NCBI GenBank assembly: GCA_963701095.1
Contig: OY969564.1
Location: 1,344,001-1,408,000 of the forward strand
Source of the DNA: an uncultured Methanoregulaceae archaeon
GTDB taxonomy: Archaea > Halobacteriota > Methanomicrobia > Methanomicrobiales > Methanospirillaceae
DNA length: 64,000 bases
Direction: 5' to 3'
The position numbers and the translations under genes were made by a program. The notes under the pieces were generated by a model. That model was not told where the DNA came from and ran no database searches. It saw only the letters and a list, made by a program, of their open reading frames with translations. Below are positions 1 to 10,321 of this stretch, one piece after another (the stretch's first letter is position 1; each line of letters starts with the position of its first letter).

Positions 1-82
1 GACCCCAACACGCGAGAAGATGGCGGAAGTCATTTCATCTGTCATGAGAATCGTGAAAAAAAAGGAAACAACATTGGAGTGA
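1..82 (+). CDS. mcrC: 3' end of methyl-coenzyme M reductase operon protein C (partial)
   Basis: Frame from position 2 reads TPTREKMAEVISSVMRIVKKKETTLE to TGA at 80-82; lies directly before mcrG as in mcrBDCGA. Confidence 0.7.
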   Translation, partial: TPTREKMAEVISSVMRIVKKKETTLE

Positions 83-89
83 TTAAACA

Positions 90-853
90 ATGGCATACAA
101 ACCCCAGTATTGTCCCGGCCAGTCGCATATCGCTGAAAACAGGCGCAAGCAGCTGGACCCCAGCCACAAGCTCGAAAAGCTTCGCGACGTAACCGACAAG
201 GACATCGTCCTCGTCATGGGACACAAGGCACCCGGTGCAGCATATCCATCCGCCCACCCGCCACTCTCAGAGCAGCAGGAACCAGCCTGCCCAATCCGCA
301 AGCTCGTGACCCCGACCGACGGCGCAAAGGCCGGCGACCGTGTCCGTTACATCCAGTTTACCGACTCGATGTACAACGCACCCTGCCAGCCGTACCAGAG
401 AAGCTGGCTCGAGGCATACCGCTTCCGCGGCATTGACCCGGTACGCTGTCAGGACGTCAAATCGTTGAGTGCCGTGAGAGAGATCTCGAAAAGTATGCAA
501 AGGAACTCGTTAACACCGAGCTCTTCGATGCAGCACTTACCGGCATCCGCGGCTGTACCGTGCACGGACACTCCCTCCGTCTCGATGAGAACGGAATGAT
601 GTTCGATATGCTCCAGCGCTTTGTCATGGACAAGAAATCCGGACAGATCAAGTACGTCAAGGACCAGGTCGGCGTTCCTCTTGACTCAGAAGTCAAGGTC
701 GGCAAAGCAATGGACGAAAAGTGGCTCAAGGCTCACACCACGATGTTCCACTCGCTTGTCGGTACCGGATTCCGCGATGATGCAGAATACGTTGAATACA
801 TCCAGCGCATCCACGCGCTGAGGGTAAAATACGGCTTCATGCCAAAGGAGTGA
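90..853 (+). CDS. mcrG: Methyl-coenzyme M reductase gamma subunit, split by a 1-nt deletion near 437-441 (probable sequencing error)
   Basis: ORF 90-599 gives the McrG N-terminus (GDRVRYIQFTDSMY...RGIDP); the shifted frame continues GTLSGRQIVECRERDLE...TVHGHSLRLDENGMMFDMLQR to the stop at 853. Confidence 0.95.
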
Positions 854-859
854 TAAGAC

Positions 860-2545
860 ATGGCAAAGGCAAAAATCGAAAGGACGCAGAAGCTCTTCCT
901 GAAGGCAATGAAGGAGAAATTCGCTGAAGACCCCCAGGCAACCTCAACCGTGTTCGCCCGCGAAGGTCTGAAGCAGTCCCCCCGCAAGATGGAGTTTTTG
1001 AAGGAAGGTCAGAAAGTCGCGATGGAACGCGGCATCTCAATGTACGACCCCGTTCGCTGCCACTGCGGTGGTATCCCGCTCGGCCAGCGCCAGTTGATGA
1101 CCTACGAGGTCTCCGGCACCGGTGTCTTTGTAGAAGGAGATGACCTTCACTTTGTTAACAACGCTGCAATGCAGCAGATGTGGGATGACATCCGCCGGAC
1201 GATCATCGTCGGCCTCGACCTCGCCCACGGCACCCTACAGAAGCGACTCGGTAAGGAAGTTACCCCTGAGACCATCAACGAGTACCTCCACGTGCTCAAC
1301 CATGCAATGCCCGGCGCAACTGTCGTTCAGGAACACATGGTCGAGACCCACCCGGCACTCGTCGATGACTGCTACGTCAAAGTCTTTACCGGCGATGACG
1401 AGATGGCAGACGACCTCGAGCCCCAGTTCGTCTTAAACCTCGACAAGCTCTTCCCGGCAAAACAGGCCGCAGCCCTCAAGGCAGCTGTCGGCAAGTCAAT
1501 GTGGCAGGCAGTTCACATTCCGACAACCGTCAGCAGAACCTGCGACGGTGGAACGACCTCCCGGTGGTCCGCAATGCAGATCGGTATGTCCTTCATCGGT
1601 GCGTACAAGATGTGCGCCGGTGAGGCAGCAGTCGCTGACCTCGCATTTGCAGCAAAGCACGCCGGTGTTATCCAGATGGCAGATATCCTGCCCGCCCGAC
1701 GTGCACGTGGCCCGAACGAGCCAGGTGGCATCAAGTTCGGACACTTCGCCGACATGATCCAGGCAGACCGCAAGTACCCCAACGACCCCGTCAAGGCAAC
1801 CCTTGAAGTCGTCGGTGCAGGTGCGATGCTCTTCGACCAGATCTGGCTCGGATCTTATATGTCCGGTGGTGTCGGATTCACCCAGTATGCAACCGCTGCA
1901 TACACCGACAACATCCTCGACGACTACTGCTACTATGGTCTTGACTATGTCAAGAAGAACCACGGCGGTCTCGGAAAGGCAAAACAGACCCAAGAAGCAG
2001 TTAACGACATTGCATCCGAAGTCACCCTCTACGGCATGGAACAGTACCAGCAGTACCCGACTGCACTCGAGGACCACTTCGGCGGTTCCCAGCGTGCATC
2101 CGTCCTTGCCGCAGCGGCAGGTATCTCCTCTTCGCTTGCAACATTCAACTCCAATGCAGGACTGAACGGCTGGTACATGTCGATGCTCATGCACAAGGAA
2201 GGCTGGTCACGTCTCGGCTTCTTCGGCTACGACCTGCAGGACCAGTGCGGTTCCGCGAACTGTATGTCCGTCCGGCCCGACGAGGGCTGCATCGGAGAAC
2301 TCCGCGGTCCAAACTACCCGAACTACGCAATGAACGTCGGACACCAGGGAGAATACGCAGCAATTGCAGCTGCAGCCCACTATGGACGCCAGGATGCCTG
2401 GACCCTGTCCCCGCTCATGAAGATCACGTTCGCAGACCCGTCCCTCAAGTTCGACTTCTCCGAACCACGCCGCGAGTTCGCAAAGGGTGCAATCCGCGAG
2501 TTCATGCCCGCCGGCGAGCGCTCACTGATCATCCCCGCAAGGTAA
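860..2545 (+). CDS. mcrA: Methyl-coenzyme M reductase alpha subunit
   Basis: [61 protein letters not shown] motifs. Confidence 0.99.
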   Translation: MAKAKIERTQKLFLKAMKEKFAEDPQATSTVFAREGLKQSPRKMEFLKEGQKVAMERGISMYDPVRCHCGGIPLGQRQLMTYEVSGTGVFVEGDDLHFVNNAAMQQMWDDIRRTIIVGLDLAHGTLQKRLGKEVTPETINEYLHVLNHAMPGATVVQEHMVETHPALVDDCYVKVFTGDDEMADDLEPQFVLNLDKLFPAKQAAALKAAVGKSMWQAVHIPTTVSRTCDGGTTSRWSAMQIGMSFIGAYKMCAGEAAVADLAFAAKHAGVIQMADILPARRARGPNEPGGIKFGHFADMIQADRKYPNDPVKATLEVVGAGAMLFDQIWLGSYMSGGVGFTQYATAAYTDNILDDYCYYGLDYVKKNHGGLGKAKQTQEAVNDIASEVTLYGMEQYQQYPTALEDHFGGSQRASVLAAAAGISSSLATFNSNAGLNGWYMSMLMHKEGWSRLGFFGYDLQDQCGSANCMSVRPDEGCIGELRGPNYPNYAMNVGHQGEYAAIAAAAHYGRQDAWTLSPLMKITFADPSLKFDFSEPRREFAKGAIREFMPAGERSLIIPAR

Positions 2546-2566
2546 GCACGATCGTCCCCAACCAAA

Positions 2567-2581
2567 TTTTTTTTCTTTTTT
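2567..2581 (+). terminator. Oligo-T terminator of the mcr operon
   Basis: TTTTTTTTCTTTTTT about 20 nt after the mcrA stop. Confidence 0.7.
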
Positions 2582-2791
2582 ACAAACGGTTTCCAGCCCG
2601 AAGGATCCACCTTACACGGGAAGACTTTGCTGATAAAATGAAGCCTAACAGGTTATAACGCAGCGGAATGTTCCGAATAGCGTTTGGTAAAATCACATCA
2701 GATTTGGGTTTTTGAAAATTCCGTCATCTTTTTATGGTTTCGCTCATATGGGTGATTACGCCTGATCCGGTGAAGAGTAAAAGGTGAAGAA

Positions 2792-3508
2792 ATGAGCAAT
2801 GAACAGACAAAAATTACGGTAAACTACCCTGAGGCCGCAGAAACACTAAAAAAACTACTGGGTCTGAAAGGATCGCCGGTCGCTATCAGGTTTGCGCCAT
2901 CGAAAACGGATATCCCGGAAGGGATGGTGGAACTTGACAAGACTATCCGGCACTGTTCGATGGTGAACCTAGCCCGGACAGAGGGGAAGATCTTCTATGC
3001 TCCCGCTGAACGGCACGAATGCAATGGTGGCGCATGGTCGCTGGGATTAAAAGAGATTACACCGACGCTTAAAAACGGGGAGTTCTATTTTAAGCTGGGA
3101 AAATTCGATAGCGATGCTGCTTGCAAGCGGACTATCGAAAGCATTCCTCATCTTGATACGTGCGAAACTTACGCAACACTCTATGCCCCGCTCGAAAAAA
3201 CGCCTTTTTCCCCACAGGTTATTGTAATTGTTACTACACCCCGTAATATGCTCAAGCTCGCCCAGGCAAGCCTCTTCCGGCTCGGCGGAAGGATTTGTGC
3301 CGAATTCGCCGGTATCCAGTCAGTGTGCGCTGATGCTACGGCGCAGACCTACCTTTCAGGAAAGCCCAATTTCTCGCTGGGCTGCGACGGTTCACGAAGG
3401 TTCTCCGGCATAGGCGATGACGAAATGGTCATGGGTTTCCCGGCGGAGATGCTTCCTGAAATTATCTCAGCATTGTCCATCATAATCGGTGCTGCCGGTT
3501 CCAAATAA
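2792..3508 (+). CDS. DUF169-family protein
   Basis: LGLKGSPVAI, RHC, QSVCAD, SLGCDGSR, EMVMGFP motifs; GGTGA RBS upstream. Confidence 0.8.
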   Translation: MSNEQTKITVNYPEAAETLKKLLGLKGSPVAIRFAPSKTDIPEGMVELDKTIRHCSMVNLARTEGKIFYAPAERHECNGGAWSLGLKEITPTLKNGEFYFKLGKFDSDAACKRTIESIPHLDTCETYATLYAPLEKTPFSPQVIVIVTTPRNMLKLAQASLFRLGGRICAEFAGIQSVCADATAQTYLSGKPNFSLGCDGSRRFSGIGDDEMVMGFPAEMLPEIISALSIIIGAAGSK

Positions 3509-3657
3509 CCATAAATCCCGAACAAACGGCTCCTCCGTTGAGGTTTTGGTGTCGTGATGAGTGCATCATTAATTTTTTTAAAATTTTTTCCCTCACGATA
3601 TGTACCGGGAGAATGCGTATGAAAACCCTTATACTCTGACGAAAGGAAAAAATCGTA

Positions 3658-4818
3658 ATGAAAAACCCGTTCCACGTTATGATTATTCCAACACTGGGCT
3701 GCCCCTCAAAATGCAAGTACTGCTGGAGTTCTGAGGAGGGTTCACCCGTCATGACCGTGGACACTGTAAAGAAGATCGTGGCGTGGCTTGAGGACATTCC
3801 AAATGACCGGGTAACGTTCACGTTCCATGGCGGAGAACCTCTGCTTGCGGGGGCAGAATTCTACCGGCAGGCGTTGCCCCTGCTCTCGGAAGAGCTCGCC
3901 CGTATGCATCCGGAGTTTGCAATGCAAACGAATCTCTGGCGGATGACACCGGAGATCGCCGACATCCTTGCCGAATATCATGTGCCGATTGGTTCAAGCA
4001 TCGACGGACCGGAGACAATCACGGATTCACAACGGGGGCAAGGGTATTACCAGAAGACCATGAATGGCTACGAGGTTGCAAAAGCCTGCGGTCTTGATGT
4101 GCGATTCATCTGTACGTTCACGAACAGGTCTGTGAAGAAAAGGGAAGAAATATTCCGGTTTTTCCTCGAAAAGGGCTTCACTCTGAAACTGCACCCGGCA
4201 CTGCCATCGCTGCGTTCCGAGAACCCGAAAGAATGGTCGCTTGAGCCGGCGGATTATGGTGAATTGCTGGTGTACCTGCTTGATGAGGCACTTGAACATA
4301 TGGGCGAGATCGATGTGATGAACGTCAACGATCTTTGTCGGTGCGTTTTCACCCGGCGAGGGAGTGTCTGCACGTACGTTGACTGCATGGGCAGCACATT
4401 TGCTGTGGGACCGGACGGGAGTATCTATCCCTGTTACCGGTTTGTAGGGATGGAGGAGTACGTGATGGGAAACGTAACCGACCGACCATCAATAGAAGAA
4501 CTGATGTTATCACCGCCCGGAAAACTGATGCTCTCTTTTAAGGACTACGTGGATTCTGCCTGCGGTAAGTGTAAACATATCAAATACTGCCGGGGTGGGT
4601 GCCCCTATAACGCGATGGCGCCGACTCCGGGGAGGATCGAAGGCGTAGACCCTCATTGCATAGCCTATACACGGATATTTGACGAAATTGGCGACCGGCT
4701 TAATAAGGAGATGTTCGATGCGCCACCGATGGAGATGGGAGGCTTTGGGATGTCCCAATCGCAAAAGCCGGGAAAACCCGGCGTGATGACGCTCATGCGA
4801 AAAAATGCGATGAGATAA
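3658..4818 (+). CDS. Radical SAM/SPASM enzyme, putative peptide/protein-modifying (TIGR04083-like)
   Basis: CPSKCKYC, FHGGEPLL, MQTN, SIDGP; SPASM cysteines C...C...YPC...CGKCKHIKYCRGGC...HC. Confidence 0.9.
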   Translation: MKNPFHVMIIPTLGCPSKCKYCWSSEEGSPVMTVDTVKKIVAWLEDIPNDRVTFTFHGGEPLLAGAEFYRQALPLLSEELARMHPEFAMQTNLWRMTPEIADILAEYHVPIGSSIDGPETITDSQRGQGYYQKTMNGYEVAKACGLDVRFICTFTNRSVKKREEIFRFFLEKGFTLKLHPALPSLRSENPKEWSLEPADYGELLVYLLDEALEHMGEIDVMNVNDLCRCVFTRRGSVCTYVDCMGSTFAVGPDGSIYPCYRFVGMEEYVMGNVTDRPSIEELMLSPPGKLMLSFKDYVDSACGKCKHIKYCRGGCPYNAMAPTPGRIEGVDPHCIAYTRIFDEIGDRLNKEMFDAPPMEMGGFGMSQSQKPGKPGVMTLMRKNAMR

Positions 4819-4869
4819 TTGGCTTAAATATCTGTATAGATCAGTAGTTGGCAAGGGTTCATTCCTGAC

Positions 4870-5256
4870 TCAGGATTTTACTGGAGTCAGAAGGCCAATA
4901 AGGTTCCCTTCGGAGTCAAGGATCATCGCTGTATGTCCTACACCGGGAATAGGAGTTTTGGGCATTGTGATAGTTCCTCCTAATTCTTCCACTTTAGACA
5001 ACGCGGCGTCAATATCATCAGCCTGCACGAAATCGAGTATTGGTTCATTCAGGTGCCGTTTGTACAGGCCGCCGGTGTTAAGCGTACCCGGTTCAACAGG
5101 CCCGGTGGTGATCATGTGGTACTTCATCGCCGCCATACCCCCGGGATCTGGCATAGGGACGACCTCGTTGATTGTCCAGCCGAAAATGGCTGAGTAGAAC
5201 TGTCGTGCCCGGTCAACATTATCTGCCGGGATCATGAAATGCAAAATGTTTGGCAT
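4870..5256 (-). CDS. VOC / glyoxalase-bleomycin resistance family protein
   Basis: HFMIPADNVDRARQFYSAIFGW...KVEELGG...DSEGNLIGL. Confidence 0.88.
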   Translation of the reverse strand: MPNILHFMIPADNVDRARQFYSAIFGWTINEVVPMPDPGGMAAMKYHMITTGPVEPGTLNTGGLYKRHLNEPILDFVQADDIDAALSKVEELGGTITMPKTPIPGVGHTAMILDSEGNLIGLLTPVKS

Positions 5257-5609
5257 GAATGTTTGTAAGACGTGTGAAATATTTAGTAGTAGGGATAACC
5301 TGGATTTCTCCTGATAATTGTGGAACTGATTTCTCGAGTATTAGATGCAAGTATTTTTTAAAATATAGCAGTATTTTCCCAAAATTTTCCGACATAGAAA
5401 TAGTATGAAGAATTGTATGAAAGTTTTTTAAAATACAAAATCTTCTTGTTAAAAAAAATCGTTATTGCTTTCACACCGGCTAAAACAAGATTGCTTGACT
5501 CGAACGCAACCTATCTTTCATTAAGGAAAGTTCACATGCCTAAAATCTCTGTAATCAGCCCCAGTTTCATAATTCGGGCTTTAAATACCCCGTTTTCCCA
5601 GATATGATT

Positions 5610-5727
5610 TCGAAACCTTTTAATTGAGATCTCACTAATTTTACACTGACCACAAAGAGTTTAACTCGATGTGCGTGGCATTGCATTTTGAATACTCTCG
5701 TGCATTCGCACGTAGGGAGGAGGCTAA
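5610..5727 (+). promoter_or_regulatory. Probable mtr operon promoter and 5' leader
   Basis: CGAAAACCTTTTAATT (BRE/TATA-like) near 5611-5626; leader stem ATGTGCG/CGCACGT; GGAGGAGG RBS before mtrE. Confidence 0.5.
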
Positions 5728-6630
5728 ATGGAACAAATAGTATTTGGCATTGGAATTACTGCATTGGCAGGAGCTCTTGCCACCGTAGCCGGTTCCGCGG
5801 AAGATACTGAATCCAACATCGGGTCACAAGGAGACCCGAACTCACAGGTTCAGCTCGCACCGCAGATGGGTTTTGTGCACCGCATCTTCAATAAGGCGGT
5901 TGCTGGTGAACCCCCGGCATATGGTCTGTGGTGTGCTCTGGGTGCAGGACTTGCATGGGCCTTTTTGGCTATGCAGATCAACGCGGTTCTCGCGATTGTC
6001 CTGGGCTCTCTTCTTGCAGTCTTCGTTCAGGGTATCTATGCTACGACAGCATACCTGGGCAGGACGGCAAGCCTTTCCAAGTTCGGTCAGCCGGTGTACG
6101 TGGACATCTTGAAGTCCATGACGACGGTTGCCATGGCTCATGCCTTTGTAGCAATTTTCTGTACTGTCACCATCTGTTACCTGATCAACGTCGCGCTGGG
6201 ACACCCGTTCCCGCTGCCGCTGCTCGGGTTCATCTGGGGAATAACCCTCGGTGCAGCAGGATCAGCAACAGGAAACCCGTACTACGGCAAGGAGCGCCAG
6301 TACCAGAACCAGAAGTTCGGTGCCGGTGTTCCGATCTCAGCATCAGGAAACATCGTTCGGTTTGCTGAAGCCGGAGAGCGCAACTCGCTCGATAACGGAT
6401 TCTTCACCGCAAAATTCGGTGGTCCCGCATCGGGTCTCTGTTTCGGACTGATCGTATTCCTTGAACTCTGGAGGACCATTGTCTTTGACAATATCAGCCC
6501 GGGTGTAGGAGCGATTGTTGTCGGTATACTGATCATCCTGATCTTCACGGTAATTGACCGTTACATCGAAGTCTGGGCACGTAAGAATTACGGACCCTAC
6601 ACAGCACCAGTGAAGGAGGCAGCACCATGA
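5728..6630 (+). CDS. mtrE: Tetrahydromethanopterin S-methyltransferase subunit E
   Basis: AEDTESNIGSQGDPNSQVQLAPQMG, NKAVAGEPP. Confidence 0.97.
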   Translation: MEQIVFGIGITALAGALATVAGSAEDTESNIGSQGDPNSQVQLAPQMGFVHRIFNKAVAGEPPAYGLWCALGAGLAWAFLAMQINAVLAIVLGSLLAVFVQGIYATTAYLGRTASLSKFGQPVYVDILKSMTTVAMAHAFVAIFCTVTICYLINVALGHPFPLPLLGFIWGITLGAAGSATGNPYYGKERQYQNQKFGAGVPISASGNIVRFAEAGERNSLDNGFFTAKFGGPASGLCFGLIVFLELWRTIVFDNISPGVGAIVVGILIILIFTVIDRYIEVWARKNYGPYTAPVKEAAP

Positions 6631-7461
6631 CTGCAGTTGCAGCAAAGCCGGCCGCAGGCTCGGCAATGAATCCCACCGCAATGGTAATCGGTGTAGTACT
6701 GCTCATTATCTTTCTCGTAATAGCTGCTTTTGTTTCACCGGGTCTTGGTCTTATGGCCCTGATTGGCGTGATCATTGGCGGTGTCCTGATCGGTTTCGGC
6801 GTACACTTTGTTCCGGTAGGTGGCGCACCCGCAGCAATGGGCCAAGCACCCGGTATCGCAACTGGTGTCGCTATGCTCGCAGCAGGTGCCGGACTTGCCG
6901 GATTATTCGGTGGTGCCTGGGCAGCAAGCCAGGGATTTGTCATCGCAATCATTACAGGGGGCGTAGGTGGCGGAATGATGATGGCCATCACCTGTATGAT
7001 GGTGAATTTCGTCTACGTCTTTGGAATGGGTATCCCTGCAGCATCAGGTAAGGTAGCAAAGGACCCCATTACGGGGGACACTCAGCCTGAATACAAATCA
7101 CAGGGTACTCGAGGGCCACGGTCTTCCGTTCGTCTCATTTGTGGGTGGCGTTACCGGTGGTATTCTCGGTGGAGCTGGCGGGACGCTCATCTATCTCGAG
7201 CTTCTTAGTCTCTACCAGGCAACACTCCCGAACGTAATGAATGCATCGTCTGCACAGGTGCTCCCGATCGCAGTTTCCGTTGCAGGAACCTTTGCCATCG
7301 GCATGTTCCTTGTGAACGCGGTGCTGACTGCCTACAACATCACAGGAACAATCGAAGGCCCGCATGACCCCAAGTTCAAGCGCTGGCCACGGGCAATTGT
7401 CGCATCCGCAGTCGCATCAGCGCTTTGCGGTCTTGTGGCGATCCTGATCGTCACGATCTGA
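6627..7461 (+). CDS. mtrD: Mtr subunit D, split by a 1-nt insertion near 7109 (probable sequencing error)
   Basis: VHFVPVGGAPAAM...YKSQGT in the first frame; EGHGLPF...GTIEGPHDPKFKR in the second. Confidence 0.95.
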
Positions 7462-7470
7462 GGTGTTGAA

Positions 7471-8328
7471 ATGACCGTAAAAGTTGAAGTAATTGAAGGA
7501 GGCATACCGCACACGAAGATCATGATAGCAGGACTTGTCTGCACGATCGTGTGCCTGTACCTCTCATATCTCAATGTGGTAACCAACACCGAGGTGTTCT
7601 CGTTCTTCGGGGGTCTTGCAGCAATTGCAGCCCTCATCTGGGGAAGCCACACCATTAAGGTACTGTGCAGTTACGGTATCGGTACTGGTGTACCCTCCGC
7701 AGGTATGATCGCGTTCGGTTCCGGTGTTATAGCGATGCTCCTCGCGACCACAATCAAGGTCGACCTTGCAATACCAATTGTTGCGCTTGTTCTTGCCGCT
7801 TTCATCGGGCTCATTCTGGGATATCTCGCAAATGAAGTCCTCAACATGAAGATTCCGGCAATGATCCAGGCTCTGACTGAGCTTGCTGTAGTCGGCGCAC
7901 TCACGCTGATGGGCTTTGCAGTCCTCATCACGGGGAAATTCACGTTCCTCGGCCTAACGAGTGGCTCGGTAACATTATTGAACTCGGTCTCTATGCCCAG
8001 TTACCAGGTCTCATTCATTGGCGGCGGACTGACTGCCGTTGCATTCCTGCTTGGAGCAATTGCAATCCAGCACCCATTCAACGCGTGTCTGGGACCAGGC
8101 TGGAAACAGGACCGGATGCTTATGCTCACCGCCGAATGCGGTTTCTTGAGCATGATTGTAGCAGCCTTTATGTCGTTTGCTCTGATCACCGCTGTACCAG
8201 CGATCATCTCGCTGCTCATTGCAATCATAGGATGGGTATACACCTACGGTGAGTACATCAAGATGTCGAAGCGCGACGCATATGCATGGCTCGACTCAAA
8301 ACCGATTCCAGATGTGGAGGGACACTAA
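7471..8328 (+). CDS. mtrC: Mtr subunit C
   Basis: SYGIGTGVPSAG, IQHPFNACLGP; position in operon. Confidence 0.97.
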   Translation: MTVKVEVIEGGIPHTKIMIAGLVCTIVCLYLSYLNVVTNTEVFSFFGGLAAIAALIWGSHTIKVLCSYGIGTGVPSAGMIAFGSGVIAMLLATTIKVDLAIPIVALVLAAFIGLILGYLANEVLNMKIPAMIQALTELAVVGALTLMGFAVLITGKFTFLGLTSGSVTLLNSVSMPSYQVSFIGGGLTAVAFLLGAIAIQHPFNACLGPGWKQDRMLMLTAECGFLSMIVAAFMSFALITAVPAIISLLIAIIGWVYTYGEYIKMSKRDAYAWLDSKPIPDVEGH

Positions 8329-8329
8329 T

Positions 8330-8626
8330 ATGGCATATGTTATTGTTCTTCCGGAATTCGGACTGGTTGCTGATCCCATTGCCGGTATCGTTACAACCGC
8401 AGGCGAATCACTATCCCCGGTTGTAGACAAGGTAGCAATTCTCGAAGCGTCCGCAGACGATCTGGTCAACATGCTTTCCGGAGAAGGGAACTACGTTGCA
8501 TCCTTCCCTGGCCGTGAGAAGACCCTTGTTATCGGTGGCAGTATCAATGCCTTCTGGTATGGTCTTGCTATTGGACTACTCGTTGCAGGAATCATTGCAT
8601 TCCAACTGATCAAGGTGGGGAGCTGA
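8330..8626 (+). CDS. mtrB: Mtr subunit B
   Basis: [16 protein letters not shown]...SFPGRE...FWYG; ATG at 8330. Confidence 0.93.
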   Translation: MAYVIVLPEFGLVADPIAGIVTTAGESLSPVVDKVAILEASADDLVNMLSGEGNYVASFPGREKTLVIGGSINAFWYGLAIGLLVAGIIAFQLIKVGS

Positions 8627-8628
8627 AC

Positions 8629-9351
8629 ATGGCAGATAAGAAATCACCGGCAAGTGGATGGCCGCTCGTAAAAGGCGACTTCCACTCAGGAGATGCAAAC
8701 AGCTGCGTCGCTGTTATCACCATGGGTTCCCACCTCGATGAGCAGGGTATCTGTGATGCAGGCGCAGCGATGTGCGGTTCCTGTAAGACCGAAAACCTCG
8801 GTCTTGAAAAGGTCATCGCCAACTACATCGCCAACCCCAACATCAGGTTCATGATCCTCTGTGGTACCGAAGTCAAGGGCCACCTCTCAGGCCAGTCCAT
8901 GGTCGCGCTCCACAAGGGCGGCGTCAAGGACGGCAGGATCGTCGGTGCTGAAGGCGCTATCCCCTTCATTGAAAACCTCAATGATGCGGCTATCAAGCGC
9001 TTCCAGGAACAGATCACCGTCGTCAATATTATGGAGACAGAGGACCTTGCCGCCATCAAGGCCAAGATTAACGAACTCAAGGCCAAAGACCCAGGCGCAT
9101 TCGCAGCCGACCCCATAGTCGTCGAAGTCAAGGAAGCGGCGGGCGGCGCTGAAGAAGCCGGCGGAGAAGTCCAACCGATCTCCGGTGAGATGGCGATCAT
9201 CACCGCACGCATCAAGATCATCGAAAAGATGGTCACGAACATCGGATACCGCGACAAGTTTGCCGCTGGTGTCTATGCAGGGAAGATCGAAGGTTTGATG
9301 ATCGGACTGATTATCTCCTTTGCCCTGATCGGATTCATGTGGATGGGGTGA
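8629..9351 (+). CDS. mtrA: Mtr subunit A (corrinoid protein)
   Basis: [32 protein letters not shown]; canonical membrane anchor GVYAGKIEG. Confidence 0.97.
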   Translation: MADKKSPASGWPLVKGDFHSGDANSCVAVITMGSHLDEQGICDAGAAMCGSCKTENLGLEKVIANYIANPNIRFMILCGTEVKGHLSGQSMVALHKGGVKDGRIVGAEGAIPFIENLNDAAIKRFQEQITVVNIMETEDLAAIKAKINELKAKDPGAFAADPIVVEVKEAAGGAEEAGGEVQPISGEMAIITARIKIIEKMVTNIGYRDKFAAGVYAGKIEGLMIGLIISFALIGFMWMG

Positions 9352-9356
9352 ATGAG

Positions 9357-9557
9357 ATGGCAGAAGAAACAAAAGCTGCAGGACCAGTCAGGATGGTTGC
9401 AATCGACAATATGGTTGAAAACATCCGTTACAAATCACAGATTCTTGCACGAACCAACAAAGTCGAATCGGCCAGTTCAACAAACGGCCTCATTGCCTTT
9501 GTTGCGGGACTACTCATTGCTGTGATCCTGATAGTGGTGCCGGCATTACTACTCTGA
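9357..9557 (+). CDS. mtrF: Mtr subunit F
   Basis: MVENIRYKSQILAR plus C-terminal TM helix; position in operon. Confidence 0.9.
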   Translation: MAEETKAAGPVRMVAIDNMVENIRYKSQILARTNKVESASSTNGLIAFVAGLLIAVILIVVPALLL

Positions 9558-9568
9558 GGTGAAGACAA

Positions 9569-10306
9569 ATGGCAGATAAGAAATCACCGGCAAGTGGATG
9601 GCCGCTCGTAAAAGGCGACTTCCACTCAGGAGATGCAAACAGCTGCGTCGCTGTTATCACCATGGGTTCCCACCTCGATGAGCAGGGTATCTGTGATGCA
9701 GGCGCAGCGATGTGCGGTTCCTGTAAGACCGAAAATCTCGGTCTTGAAAAGGTCATCGCCAACTACATCGCCAACCCCAACATCAGGTTCATGATCCTCT
9801 GTGGTACCGAAGTCAAGGGCCACCTCTCAGGCCAGTCCATGGTCGCGCTCCACAAGGGCGGCGTCAAGGACGGCAGGATCGTCGGTGCTGAAGGCGCTAT
9901 CCCCTTCATTGAAAACCTCAATGATGCGGCTATCAAGCGTTTCCAGGAACAGATCACCGTCGTCAATATTATGGAGACAGAGGACCTTGCCGCCATCAAG
10001 GCCAAGATTAACGAACTCAAGGCCAAAGACCCAGGCGCATTCGCAGCCGACCCCATAGTCGTCGAAGTCAAGGAAGCGGCTGGCAGCGCTGAAGTTGCAG
10101 CAGCAGGGGCAAACCCCCAATTCCTCGAAATCGAGAAAAGACTCGACAAGATCGAGAAGAAACTCGAGTTTGTGGATGCTGAAGTGGCACAGCGTGTTGG
10201 GAGGAAAATCGGACGCGATATCGGCATACTGTACGGCCTCGTCGCAGGCTTGATCGTATTTGTCATGCTGCTGTTTATGCTCCAGAAATTGATGGCATTG
10301 GTGTAA
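9569..10306 (+). CDS. mtrA: MtrA-MtrG fusion protein
   Basis: MtrA domain identical at protein level to 8629-9140, then MtrG-type [11 protein letters not shown]...[16 protein letters not shown]. Confidence 0.93.
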   Translation: MADKKSPASGWPLVKGDFHSGDANSCVAVITMGSHLDEQGICDAGAAMCGSCKTENLGLEKVIANYIANPNIRFMILCGTEVKGHLSGQSMVALHKGGVKDGRIVGAEGAIPFIENLNDAAIKRFQEQITVVNIMETEDLAAIKAKINELKAKDPGAFAADPIVVEVKEAAGSAEVAAAGANPQFLEIEKRLDKIEKKLEFVDAEVAQRVGRKIGRDIGILYGLVAGLIVFVMLLFMLQKLMALV

Positions 10307-10321
10307 TGGAGGTGTAAAAAC

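Larger units (their letters stand above)
8629..10080 (+). repeat. 512-bp direct repeat (8629-9140 and 9569-10080), duplicated mtrA corrinoid domain
   Basis: Copies offset by 940 bp; by-eye comparison finds two differences (8796 C/9736 T, 9000 C/9940 T), both synonymous. Confidence 0.95.

Noticed and set aside
860..2545. Divergent or alkane-activating MCR
   Set aside because: Active-site and modified-residue motifs are canonical; the two odd residues lie at error-prone motifs
3555..3639. C/D-box sRNA (GTGATGA...CTGA)
   Set aside because: Spacing is long, the interior is an AT-rich tract and no C'/D' boxes are evident
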